Part shown: piece after piece, positions 42,412-51,879 of the stretch
Position numbering within the stretch: the stretch's first letter is position 1
Layout: every line of letters starts with the position of its first letter
From: an uncultured Spirochaetota bacterium
GTDB lineage: Bacteria; Spirochaetota; Brevinematia; Brevinematales; JAOACQ01
NCBI GenBank assembly: GCA_963768055.1
Contig: CAVYGN010000001.1
Location: forward strand, 640,001 to 704,000
Reading direction: 5' to 3'
Length of the DNA: 64,000 nucleotides
Translations under genes and position numbers: made by a program
Notes under the pieces: model-generated
Seen by the model: only the letters and a program-made list of their open reading frames with translations
Database searches by the model: none
What the model was told of the DNA's origin: nothing

Positions 42412-43098
42412 ATGGATAAAATGAACATTATTAAGAGTCATTTTGAAAAAGAGGCTAAAGTTTACGATAATATGATCATTAAAATTATTCCGTATTATAA
42501 AGAAATGGTTGAAGCGCTTGTATCTTCAATTCCTTTTAATGAAAACGATAAAATCAATATTTTAGATTTAGGATGCGGTACCGGTACGATTTCCAGGGAA
42601 ATTAAACTTAAATTTCCGTGTTCTATTTTTACGATTGTCGATATTTCGGATAATATGCTAAGCATCGCTGATAATAAAATAGGTGGCGGTAATATCATTC
42701 GCATTAGTGAGGATTTTTATAGGTTTAAATTTACTGAAAAGTACGATGTTATAATATCGTCTCTTGCTCTGCATCATTTGATCACCGATGATGATAAAAT
42801 GACATTTTATAAAAATATATATGATAATCTTAATCTAAAGGGCTTGTTTTTTAATGCTGATGTTGTATTAGGGTCTAATGACTATCTTCAAAAAAGATAT
42901 ATGAAAAAGTGGATTGAATATATGGGCAGAAGATGTGATATGGATGAGATAACCGGTAAATGGTTAGTTAATTATGAAAAAGAAGACCGGCCTTCGAAAT
43001 TATCAGATCAAATAAAGTGGCTTGAAAATATCGGATTTAAAGATGTCGATATTATATGGAAATATTATAACTTCGCCGTTTATGGCGGATACAAATGA
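42412..43098 (+). CDS. Class I SAM-dependent methyltransferase
   Basis: ILDLGCGTG, SSLALHH. Confidence 0.9.
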   Translation: MDKMNIIKSHFEKEAKVYDNMIIKIIPYYKEMVEALVSSIPFNENDKINILDLGCGTGTISREIKLKFPCSIFTIVDISDNMLSIADNKIGGGNIIRISEDFYRFKFTEKYDVIISSLALHHLITDDDKMTFYKNIYDNLNLKGLFFNADVVLGSNDYLQKRYMKKWIEYMGRRCDMDEITGKWLVNYEKEDRPSKLSDQIKWLENIGFKDVDIIWKYYNFAVYGGYK

Positions 43099-43316
43099 TC
43101 GGGAGACCAAATTGGATTATAATATAAGAGAGATCACAATGAGCGATTATGATAATTTAATTTCCTTCTGGAAAAGTGTAACCAGGGGTACGATGCGCCG
43201 GATCATCTTGACATAATAACTTATTTATTTTATAGTAAATGATAATGAATATCATTTACAGATATTCAAAAAAAAGGGTATTTGTAAAATCCCGGATTGG
43301 GTAAGGCGGTTATAAT

Positions 43317-43949
43317 ATGGTTTATGACCTTAAAGCGCGAGCGATCAGATTGGTTTTTAATGAGAGTTTTAGGCGACAGCTGACAGTTTCCCTTGGCAAA
43401 AAAACTGCATTGAAAATTTTATATGAAGGTAAACGAAACTATAGAGAAATTGTAAAGCGTTCACCTTCAATCGGTGGATGGAAAAATCCGCTCAATGTAA
43501 ATGTTCTCGGGGTCGCTTATGTTGTTGCTATATACAAGGCTGCTAATGGAAAGCTTTCAGCGGAATTAATTGGAAAAGTTTTTTTAAATTCATTTAAACA
43601 GACGGATGTTTTGAAGTTATTTTATAAGTTTATGTCTAAAAAAATATTTACCCGGCAATGGCAGGATAAGAGAAATATTCTGGCAGTAGAATCTCAAAAG
43701 AAACTGTATACTGCAGATTTTGTCTATAAATTTGTATATGGAAAAACTATAAATGAATATGGCATAAACTATCGGGAATGCGGCATCTGCAAGTTATTAA
43801 AACAAGAAAATTGTTCCGAGCTTGCTCCTCAGATGTGCAAGCCCGATTATGTGACGGCAAATTTAATGGGCAGTGAGTTAACAAGGACAAAGACGATTGG
43901 AAATGGTGATGAACTGTGTGATTTCTGGTTTAGAAAGCTACGCCTATAG
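43317..43949 (+). CDS. L-2-amino-thiazoline-4-carboxylic acid hydrolase family protein
   Basis: ECGICK...MCKPDY...LTRTKTIGNGDELCDF. Confidence 0.8.
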   Translation: MVYDLKARAIRLVFNESFRRQLTVSLGKKTALKILYEGKRNYREIVKRSPSIGGWKNPLNVNVLGVAYVVAIYKAANGKLSAELIGKVFLNSFKQTDVLKLFYKFMSKKIFTRQWQDKRNILAVESQKKLYTADFVYKFVYGKTINEYGINYRECGICKLLKQENCSELAPQMCKPDYVTANLMGSELTRTKTIGNGDELCDFWFRKLRL

Positions 43950-44113
43950 TTGATTAAGCATTTAGAAGCCACTTGATAAATTAAAATAACAATCCTTTGC
44001 CTGTTTACAGGAATGGAAAGGTATTGAAAAGTGTTAACATACCGATTATTAAAAATCGTATTGCATATTTATAAAATAGTATTATAATTAACCCGAAATA
44101 AAAAGGGGGGGAT

Positions 44114-44347
44114 ATGGTTTTATTTGAAGAAAATAATAAAATATTTGATAACGAATCTTATGATTTCAAGTTTTATCCGGACAAAAACAATAAAATTATC
44201 GGGATAATGTTAAAGGATGAAAAAGTATTATCAAAGGGATCATTTGCCTTAAATATTTCCGAACCTGTTTTAAAGGAATCGGACCAGAAGGCTCAATTTG
44301 AAGCTCTTGAAAGAGAATTAGTGAATAAATATCAGCAGACAGTATAG
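44114..44347 (+). CDS. Hypothetical protein
   Basis: G-rich RBS and promoter-like TTGCAT..TATAAT upstream. Confidence 0.5.
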   Translation: MVLFEENNKIFDNESYDFKFYPDKNNKIIGIMLKDEKVLSKGSFALNISEPVLKESDQKAQFEALERELVNKYQQTV

Positions 44348-44376
44348 TATCTGCCTGAAGGGTATGGGAGTCCGGA

Positions 44377-45099
44377 ATGAAAGTAATCGATCATTATGAA
44401 AATCATCTTGCCTCTTATTATGATTGGATCTATGGCGGTTTTGAGAATAAAATAGATGAAAACATGGCTTTCTTTAATAAAAATAATATCATTCCCCATT
44501 TATCCAAAGTGGCTATCGATCTGGGCGCCGGTTCGGGTTTTCAGACCATCCCGTTGGCAAAGAAAGGATTTAAAGTATTTTCTGTTGATTTCAGTGAAAA
44601 GTTGTTGAATGAGTTAATTATCCGCAAAAATAACCTGGATATAACAATAATTAATTCGAATATTTTAGATTTTTCCGGTTATCAGAATAATAATCCGGAA
44701 TTGATTGTTTGCATGGGCGATACTCTGACGCATCTTGAAAGCGTTGACGATGTAAAATTATTGCTGAACAACTGCCGTCTGCAATTAATGGACGGCGGCA
44801 TTCTGATTTTGACTTTTCGGGATTTGACGCATGAATTGACCGGTATTAATAGATTTATTCCCCTGAGGAATGATGAAAACAAGATATTTACATGCTTTCT
44901 GGAGTATTATCCCGAATATGTCAATGTCTATGATATAGTTAATGAAAGGGTTAATGACAGATGGTCGCAAAAAATCAGTTATTATAAAAAGATTAAAATA
45001 TCGCCGGAAGATATCAAGACCAGCCTGGAAGAATTGAATTTCAAAATAAAACTATATGAAATCGATAAAGGGCTTGTTACCGTAATAGCCGGGAAATAA
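44377..45099 (+). CDS. Class I SAM-dependent methyltransferase
   Basis: AIDLGAGSG, CMGDTLTH. Confidence 0.9.
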   Translation: MKVIDHYENHLASYYDWIYGGFENKIDENMAFFNKNNIIPHLSKVAIDLGAGSGFQTIPLAKKGFKVFSVDFSEKLLNELIIRKNNLDITIINSNILDFSGYQNNNPELIVCMGDTLTHLESVDDVKLLLNNCRLQLMDGGILILTFRDLTHELTGINRFIPLRNDENKIFTCFLEYYPEYVNVYDIVNERVNDRWSQKISYYKKIKISPEDIKTSLEELNFKIKLYEIDKGLVTVIAGK

Positions 45100-45154
45100 G
45101 CGGAATTGCCTGGGGCGGCGGAGCAGCCGCAGGGCCGGGGGATTTAAATAAAGC

Positions 45155-45862
45155 CTATTTCTCCATCGCCTTTCGCTTCAATTCTTCCGGCAGTTTTTCA
45201 ATCGCGTATCTCAAGGCCGTTCTCGGCATCATTTCTTTCCTGCTCATCACATAGTCGAAAACTTCCTGCTTATGTGCATGGCTGGCTGATTTCAGCATCC
45301 ATCCGTAGCCCTTTTGCACCAAATCGTCATTATCTAAAAGCAGAATGTCCGCGAGCTCAATTATATCCTTAAGAAAATAGCCGTTTTTCGCCGGTATAAT
45401 GAGAGAAACAGACGAGGCGCGGCGCAGCCAGCGGTTTTCAGATTTTGCCCATTTTTTTAATTCCTTAATGGATTCCGGATACATTTCCAGAAAAGAGCCG
45501 ACCGTATGATTGCAGAGGGTGTCGCATGAAGCCCAATTATTCACATAATTGCCGATCCAATGTTCGAAAACCAGTATATCCTTTTTTTCAAATTCATTTC
45601 GGATATTGTATGCCCAGCGGCTGGCTATAAATGAGTCTTCAAGGTATCCCGACTTCCACAGTTCTTTGCATAAGCTTAAAACAGCAGTTTTGGTTTCATC
45701 CTTAATATTTTTGAAGATTTTATTTGCTATTTTATCGACAAGAGCCGTTTTTACTCCGTAAAGGGTGATCCCTTCCCTGAAAAAATTTGCGCTGCTTTTT
45801 ATAAAAGCTTCATCGCGGTTTTGTTTTAATTCACTGCGGACCATATCGATAATATTATTCAT
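45155..45862 (-). CDS. DNA alkylation repair protein (AlkD-like)
   Basis: NNWASCDT, WAKSENRWLRR, LVQKGYGWMLK, RTALRYAIEK. Confidence 0.9.
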   Translation of the reverse strand: MNNIIDMVRSELKQNRDEAFIKSSANFFREGITLYGVKTALVDKIANKIFKNIKDETKTAVLSLCKELWKSGYLEDSFIASRWAYNIRNEFEKKDILVFEHWIGNYVNNWASCDTLCNHTVGSFLEMYPESIKELKKWAKSENRWLRRASSVSLIIPAKNGYFLKDIIELADILLLDNDDLVQKGYGWMLKSASHAHKQEVFDYVMSRKEMMPRTALRYAIEKLPEELKRKAMEK

Positions 45863-46833
45863 TAACGGACCTGCATCACGACTCCGGAAGCGTTCGCAAG
45901 GCCGCGGGTGGTAACGGAGGCCTGCCTGTTATAAGGTATCGATGCTATGCCTTTCTTTAAAAAAACCTGGATATAATAAAAACCGGGCTTTTTAAAATTA
46001 ATCTTGACTTTGAACCTCTGCGTTTCCTTGTCGAAGTTAATATCCCAGGGCCATATCTGCTTGTATTCGCTATCGGTAAAGTCCGGGTAAGACGTCCTGC
46101 TGCTTATTTCCGACGGCGTCATTTTACCTGGAAAATTTTCATAATAGACAATGATTGCGTAAACTCCGGCGTCCCTTGCCAAGACCCTGCCCGATATCAC
46201 GGCAGTTTCTCCTGCGGCGGCTGTCAGGGGGAAGTCATCCCACTCTATATACCGGTCTATAAACTCCTCATAATAGCGGATTTGAGTCGTTCCGTTTATA
46301 TTTGTTGAATAATATCCGATGCCGACATAATTATGGTAGCCGTTGATGACGTTTTCATAATGGCCGCCCCCCGGGCCTTCCGACATAAACTCTTCAAGGC
46401 CTTTCTTCATATAATTCAGCGCCTGGCCCGCATCGTCCATTCCGGGGGTTTCAATCCCGTATCCGTTCTCCCCGAAAGCGTTTTCCATAACATGGTCCTT
46501 CCCCCCGGCAAGCGAATACCTGATATAGGGCTTATAACCGTTCAGGTCCCAGTGTCCGATATAGCCGTTGACCGCCGCATTATAACACTGCATATTGGCG
46601 ACCCTGCTTGCAAGGATATCGAGGGATACTAATTTCTTATTGTGTTCGGACCGGTAACGGTTGATGTTTTCGACTTCCTTAAGCTTTGCGGAAATCATTT
46701 CCGGCGTATCTTTGAACTCTTCGAGGGTTTTAAGTCCGTCATTCGGCTTTATATAACTATCGATATTACTTTCCTGCGGCCAGCTTGGCAGGCAAAGAAT
46801 TATCAAAACAAAAACATAGAATATCATCTTCAT
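45862..46833 (-). CDS. Exported CAP/SCP-domain protein
   Basis: INRYR, GHWD...PYIRY, GHYENVIN..HNYVGIG. Confidence 0.75.
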   Translation of the reverse strand: MKMIFYVFVLIILCLPSWPQESNIDSYIKPNDGLKTLEEFKDTPEMISAKLKEVENINRYRSEHNKKLVSLDILASRVANMQCYNAAVNGYIGHWDLNGYKPYIRYSLAGGKDHVMENAFGENGYGIETPGMDDAGQALNYMKKGLEEFMSEGPGGGHYENVINGYHNYVGIGYYSTNINGTTQIRYYEEFIDRYIEWDDFPLTAAAGETAVISGRVLARDAGVYAIIVYYENFPGKMTPSEISSRTSYPDFTDSEYKQIWPWDINFDKETQRFKVKINFKKPGFYYIQVFLKKGIASIPYNRQASVTTRGLANASGVVMQVR

Positions 46834-46977
46834 CGGCGTTCACCTCTCTTAATTGATTATATACCGGTGCCCGGATTTACTCAAATTTTAAAAAGTGAGC
46901 GAATGTATTAATGAAAAGATGTTTTTTTTTGATATGTTAGGTATTTTATGTTAGATTATTAACTTAAAGGGGTATTT

Positions 46978-48858
46978 ATGGTTTTCGATGTTTTGCTGGT
47001 CATTGGAATTATAGGGACCCTCTCGATTTCAATTTATTACATTACCCTTTTGGTTAAGTCAGACGACGCTGCAAACAAGCTCACACTCAAGTATATACAT
47101 CTTGGCATCATCACCTGTTTTATTTATGGATTCATGCATAATGTTTTTGTCAATCCTGTTTATTTCAAAGGCTTTCTGAATCTTGATTTCAGCGACAGCA
47201 TGTTCCAGGACTTTCTAGTGATATGGTTCTGGAGGGGCACGGTATTCTTCCTTGTATTTACAATTACCTTCAATTATCTGCTGAGGAGGGCAAAAAGGCT
47301 CGGCCGCAAAACCGGATTCCTTAGAACGATTGTCATACAGATATCCCTTATCATCCTCTGCTGGATCACCAATTTTGAGTATATGGCTTTTAACGTTAAT
47401 ATCTTTAGCAGTTACGAGCTACTGCACTGGGTCGGCGGGTTTGTCGCAGTCGGTATGATGATTCTCATGTTCTTTGTATATCTAGAAAAAGATATTGAAA
47501 GATATCTGAATATCACTGAAATCCATACTTCCATCAGAAGAAGGCTGCTGCTGAATTTTATAGGAATAATCACTCTCCTGGTCGTTTCGCAATTCACCAT
47601 ACTGATCGGATGCCTCGGCAAAGACCCTAATCCCGTATTGTTATTCAAGCTCGTGTTCTTCACAATTCTCTATCTGATACCCCTCGCTATTATTATTTTC
47701 AAGACAACATTCGCTTTTTCTGGCAGCCTCCAGATAGCGGTAAATTTTCTGAACAGCGCAGCTGACAGGGATTTCAGCCAATCGATCAGTATAGACAGCC
47801 TCGATGAATTCGGACAGCTCGGGATTTCTATCAAACTACTTAAAGAGAGTTTCGGGAATATAGTTAAGACTGCTAACAGTTCCTCTGAAAAAATTAAAAT
47901 ATTCACAGGAAATATCAACAGCTCTATTGATGTCCTGAACACCAAGATCATGGAATTTTTATCGACACTCGGGGAAAAGACCTGCGGTCAGTCGGCATCA
48001 ACATCAGAAGCCGCTGAAAAAGTCGAACTGATGGTGAAGAGCGTTCTGGATATTTTTGACAATATCAGAAAACAGAATAATTTTGTTAATGAGATATCTT
48101 CTTCGCTTGAAGAGATGACGAATAATATTTCGAATATCGCCCTAAGGACAAGAACTGCCAGCGAGGAGTCGGCCCACCTTTACGAAATTGCACAGGAAGG
48201 CAAAACCCTGATTGAAAAGACATCCGTCAGTATCCAGGAAATCGAAGAGGCAAGCAATAAGATTTATGAAATAAACAAGATCATCAACAAAATCGCCGAG
48301 GATACGGATATGCTGTCCATAAATGCCTCCATCGAAGCTGCGCATGCCGGAGAATTCGGCGAAGGTTTCGCAATTGTCGCCGCCGAATTAAGGAAGCTGT
48401 CGAACAACGCCCGGAATAACGTCGATTTAATCGACGGGCTTATCGGCGATATTTTCAAAAAAATCAAAATCACCCTAGAATTTTCCAAGGATTCGAACAA
48501 CAGCTTCCTTAAAATCAATGACAGCGCAAATTTGACAAGGACAATCAATACTGAAATCGCCGGGGCTATGGACCGCCAGTCCGGATCGATAAAAGGAGTT
48601 ATGGAGACTTCGGCATTTCTTGTCGATATTACCCGCAGGATCGATCAATTGTCGGAGATGATCGAGAAAAATTCCGGGGAGATTAAAAGCACTATCCAGG
48701 ATCTGCATAAGTGCGCCGAAGCCGACGGAAAAACCATATCGGAAAGCTCTCAGCTATTGATCGAGACCCTTAAAGCGGTGAGCGCGGACCTGGAAAACAA
48801 TAGGGCCATAGCGGAGAATCTTCTTAATTTCGTATCTGTTTTCAATATAGAAAATTGA
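46978..48858 (+). CDS. Methyl-accepting chemotaxis protein
   Basis: Multiple TMs, HAMP, LSINASIEAAHAGEFGEGFAIVAAELRKLS. Confidence 0.95.
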   Translation: MVFDVLLVIGIIGTLSISIYYITLLVKSDDAANKLTLKYIHLGIITCFIYGFMHNVFVNPVYFKGFLNLDFSDSMFQDFLVIWFWRGTVFFLVFTITFNYLLRRAKRLGRKTGFLRTIVIQISLIILCWITNFEYMAFNVNIFSSYELLHWVGGFVAVGMMILMFFVYLEKDIERYLNITEIHTSIRRRLLLNFIGIITLLVVSQFTILIGCLGKDPNPVLLFKLVFFTILYLIPLAIIIFKTTFAFSGSLQIAVNFLNSAADRDFSQSISIDSLDEFGQLGISIKLLKESFGNIVKTANSSSEKIKIFTGNINSSIDVLNTKIMEFLSTLGEKTCGQSASTSEAAEKVELMVKSVLDIFDNIRKQNNFVNEISSSLEEMTNNISNIALRTRTASEESAHLYEIAQEGKTLIEKTSVSIQEIEEASNKIYEINKIINKIAEDTDMLSINASIEAAHAGEFGEGFAIVAAELRKLSNNARNNVDLIDGLIGDIFKKIKITLEFSKDSNNSFLKINDSANLTRTINTEIAGAMDRQSGSIKGVMETSAFLVDITRRIDQLSEMIEKNSGEIKSTIQDLHKCAEADGKTISESSQLLIETLKAVSADLENNRAIAENLLNFVSVFNIEN

Positions 48859-48899
48859 AATTCAATTTATTCTGCCCGGGTAACCGCGTAAAATCAATT

Positions 48900-48973
48900 T
48901 GCGCCCAGGAGGAGTCGAACCTCCGGCCCCCAGATCCGCAATCTGATGCTCTATCCAACTGAGCTATGAGCGC
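48900..48973 (-). tRNA. tRNA-Arg (anticodon GCG)
   Basis: GCGCTCATAGCTCAGTTGGATAGAGCA-TCAGA TTGCGGA TCTGG-GGGCCGGAGGTTCGACTCCTCCTGGGCGCA; upstream TTGACT-N17-TAAAAT. Confidence 0.95.
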
Positions 48974-49028
48974 AGGCATATATTTTACAATATCGGCAGT
49001 CGATAGTCAACAGCCGACAGTCAAGTCA

Positions 49029-49706
49029 TCAGTCGAAAAATTTCTCCGCGTTTTTGACAACACCTCCATGTCCGGGACAGACGATCCCCGGTTTAAGTAA
49101 AGTTTGTTTCATGATAGACTCGCCGGACTTTTCTTTATTCCAGGTAAACATCTGCCTTAATGAAGTCGATGCAGTATAAAGTTTATCATTTTTTACAAGA
49201 AAGGAATCTCCTGAAAACAGGACTTTCGTGGATTTTAAATAAAAGGACAGATGCCCCGGTGTATGGCCTGCAGTCTCCAAAACAAGAAGTCCGCCGAGAA
49301 CGGGAATCTCGTCGTTTTCTTTCAAGAATTTATCGACATCAGCGGGTTTTACTTTCATACGCTTGCTCATAAGCCAGCCGGCGATTTTCATAAAACCCTT
49401 GAATTCTATCTTCCTGGTCGATTTGCCGAGTTTGATCCCCTCCGCTTCAATAGCCGAGGAATAGACCTTGGCTCCGCTTAATTCTTTTAAATCTGCAAGC
49501 GAACCTATGTGGTCCCCGTCAGAATGGGTTATCAGTATGTTTTTTAACTCTTTAATCGGTCTTCCAATGCTGTTGATGTAAGAAGCTATTTTTTTACCGC
49601 TGGGAGGTATCCCGCAGTCAATGAGTGTGAGCGAATCCGGTTCTTCTATGAGATAGCAATTGACAAAACCCAAATTTATTGCGTGAATGCCTGGAATAAT
49701 TACCAT
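49029..49706 (-). CDS. MBL-fold metallo-hydrolase
   Basis: THSDGDHIG, GHTPGH, FSGD, PGHG. Confidence 0.9.
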   Translation of the reverse strand: MVIIPGIHAINLGFVNCYLIEEPDSLTLIDCGIPPSGKKIASYINSIGRPIKELKNILITHSDGDHIGSLADLKELSGAKVYSSAIEAEGIKLGKSTRKIEFKGFMKIAGWLMSKRMKVKPADVDKFLKENDEIPVLGGLLVLETAGHTPGHLSFYLKSTKVLFSGDSFLVKNDKLYTASTSLRQMFTWNKEKSGESIMKQTLLKPGIVCPGHGGVVKNAEKFFD

Positions 49707-49794
49707 TATTAGATCTCCTTTATTAAAACTGAAATAGTATATCACAATTTTGACAAATCATCGATTTCTGCTTAGAATATTTCTTCAATATACC

Positions 49795-49877
49795 GGTCGG
49801 GTACCCGAGTGGCCAAAGGGGGCAGACTGTAAATCTGCTGGCGTTCGCCTTCGGTGGTTCGAATCCACCCCCGACCA
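49795..49877 (+). tRNA. tRNA-Tyr (anticodon GTA)
   Basis: GGTCGGGTACCCGAGTGGCCAAAGGGGGCAGACTGTAAATCTGC...GGTTCGAATCCACCCCCGACCA; promoter TTGACA(49750)-N17-TAGAAT(49773). Confidence 0.97.
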
Positions 49878-49948
49878 CATGGCCTTATCTGCATAATTCC
49901 TTTCAGGTCAATACATTGGGCAAAGCAAATACCAGGCTTTTTTAATAG

Positions 49949-49980
49949 TTGTACCATTTTTGTACCATTTTAGTACCACT
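49949..49980 (+). repeat. Tandem GTACCA(TTTT) direct repeats, candidate integrase arm-binding sites
   Basis: TTGTACCATTT-TTGTACCATTT-TAGTACCACT between the tRNA and the integrase. Confidence 0.6.
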
Positions 49981-50011
49981 TCGATTTCTGAAAGTCGACT
50001 GGAGGTATGAT

Positions 50012-50629
50012 ATGGGATTAGTGAAAGCAAAGTCTGGGTTCTATTATGTCCGTTTCAAGCAGGGTAATGAGACTGTTAAATTCTCACTTAGAACTAAGAG
50101 CCAGCGGATGGCGGAAGACCTTTATTATGCATATCTGCAGGAACATTTGAAAAATAACATCTGGAAAAAGTCAACAGGAATAATTCAAGATAATCAGTAC
50201 TATAAAGAACCTATACTGTCAAAGTCAGTTGAGAAAAAGATTCCGAAAACTGATATTGCTACCATATATCCTGAATATATCAGATCTTGCGAGGTTAAAG
50301 ATTTCAGTAAATATACCTTGAGAATTAAACACTATTTCCAGAAAAACATTGAACTCTTTAAAATTAAATTTCCAGAAGATTTTAACCAAGCTATGATAAA
50401 CCGGTTCTTTGATTATTGGACAAAAAATTACAAGGTGAATAGCATTGCAAAATTCTCGGGTGAACTTCGGGCTTTTCTACACTGGCTGATAAAGAAAAGA
50501 CTTTATAAGCAGGATGATTATAGTTGTCTGGACATTCCCAAGTATAAAGTAAAAGCCAAAGAAATGGTTATTAAAGCAGAAGACCTCGAAAAAATCAGCA
50601 CATATACAAAAGAAAATGATTATGACTAA
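50012..50629 (+). pseudogene. Phage-type tyrosine integrase, N-terminal half only
   Basis: GFYYVRF...FSLRTKS arm-binding-like region and SAM-like core (ELRAFLHWL); ends before the catalytic domain; next to the tRNA 3' end. Confidence 0.75.
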
Positions 50630-50942
50630 TCCAGAACCTCCAAGTTTTGATTATGATAAAATCACCAAAAATGTTCAATTTAACTTTAAAAAATTTGGTT
50701 ATTATAATATTCCATTAGAGATTACTGAGAATATAGGAGAAACAGGATTAAGTGTTGGAGATGCAGTTGATGACTTATCTGACATTATAAGAGATTTTCT
50801 TGGAATCAATTGGTATTATGAAAATACTTCATTAGAAAATGCAATCTGGTACTTTAAATTTTTATTTAAAACTCATTTTGGACTTCATCTTATGAATTTA
50901 ATGATGTATCTACATAATTATTTGTTTTATAAAAACCAATGA
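50622..50942 (+). pseudogene. DUF5063-like protein, probably 5'-truncated
   Basis: GDAVDDLSDIIRD...W.FKFLFKTHFGLH; overlaps the integrase breakpoint. Confidence 0.5.
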
Positions 50943-50947
50943 AATAT

Positions 50948-51021
50948 CTCTTTTCCTTCCCCCTTCTATCCGTCATACTCTATTAAAATTTTGATAAATC
51001 TGAGGGACGGGATTAGAATAA
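50948..51021 (+). repeat. Cassette repeat with promoter
   Basis: Pyrimidine arm, then TTGATA(50991)-AATCTGAGGGACGGGAT-TAGAAT(51014), identical to 29158-29186. Confidence 0.85.
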
Positions 51022-51075
51022 AGGAACGGGTGAATATATTATTTTAAATATTTTAGTTTTATATGAGGATTCATA

Positions 51076-51663
51076 ATGGATAGCAAAGATGTAAATAAAT
51101 TGGTAAGAAAAATTATTAAACCCGCATTAGAAATCGAAGGATTTTCAGTCAATATGTCCAGAACTTTTTGGCGTTATAAAGGACGAAATATTAATGTAAT
51201 TAATTTACAGTCATTTAACTCTTATAATGCTAGTGTTATGAATGCTACAACATTTTCTTATGTAGTAAATCTGGGAGTATATAATCAAGATATTAATATT
51301 GGATTCATAATAAAATACAAAAAAGAGTATCCAATACCAGAAGAACACGTATGTCATTTCAGAGGAAGGGTCAAAAAGAGCATAAAACAAGAATATAAGG
51401 ATCCATATTTATTTTATATCAATGAAGATGGTAGTAATTTATTGGTTTGTATAAATGATACTTTAAAACAAATTAAATTATATGGGTTAAAATGGTTTGA
51501 AGAATTAAATAATTCTGATAATCAATTTGAATTAATATTGAATGGAACTCAAGAAATGTCTGTCCTTTGGGGATGGGGGCATAATCCTTCACCACTGAGG
51601 TCTCTAATGATTGCCTCTTTGTTTATAAAAAAAATAAAATTGATGAAGCTAAAGATTATTTAA
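51076..51663 (+). CDS. DUF4304-like protein
   Basis: IIKPALEIEGF...RTFWR...VINLQSF...SYVVNLGVY. Confidence 0.55.
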   Translation: MDSKDVNKLVRKIIKPALEIEGFSVNMSRTFWRYKGRNINVINLQSFNSYNASVMNATTFSYVVNLGVYNQDINIGFIIKYKKEYPIPEEHVCHFRGRVKKSIKQEYKDPYLFYINEDGSNLLVCINDTLKQIKLYGLKWFEELNNSDNQFELILNGTQEMSVLWGWGHNPSPLRSLMIASLFIKKIKLMKLKII

Positions 51664-51879
51664 AACATGCTATAGAATCAAAATGCTTTAAACATTTATT
51701 TAATTCGACTGAGGAAGAAATTATTTTTATACAAAAAGGACAGAAAGTATAATTAAAAGTTAAATTGAGGGAAGATTTGATTTTTTATAATAATAAAAAT
51801 ATTGAGAATTTAAATATGATTCATAATAGTATTATTAAAGTTCAATTTTGACGTTAAATCTAAAATTCGGAGGTTCAAA

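Noticed and set aside
43995..44370. Weak repeat-like matches (CTTTGCCTGTT near 43995; CTGCCTGAAGGGTATGGG near 44351)
   Set aside because: Too short or degenerate to count as copies of the cassette repeat.
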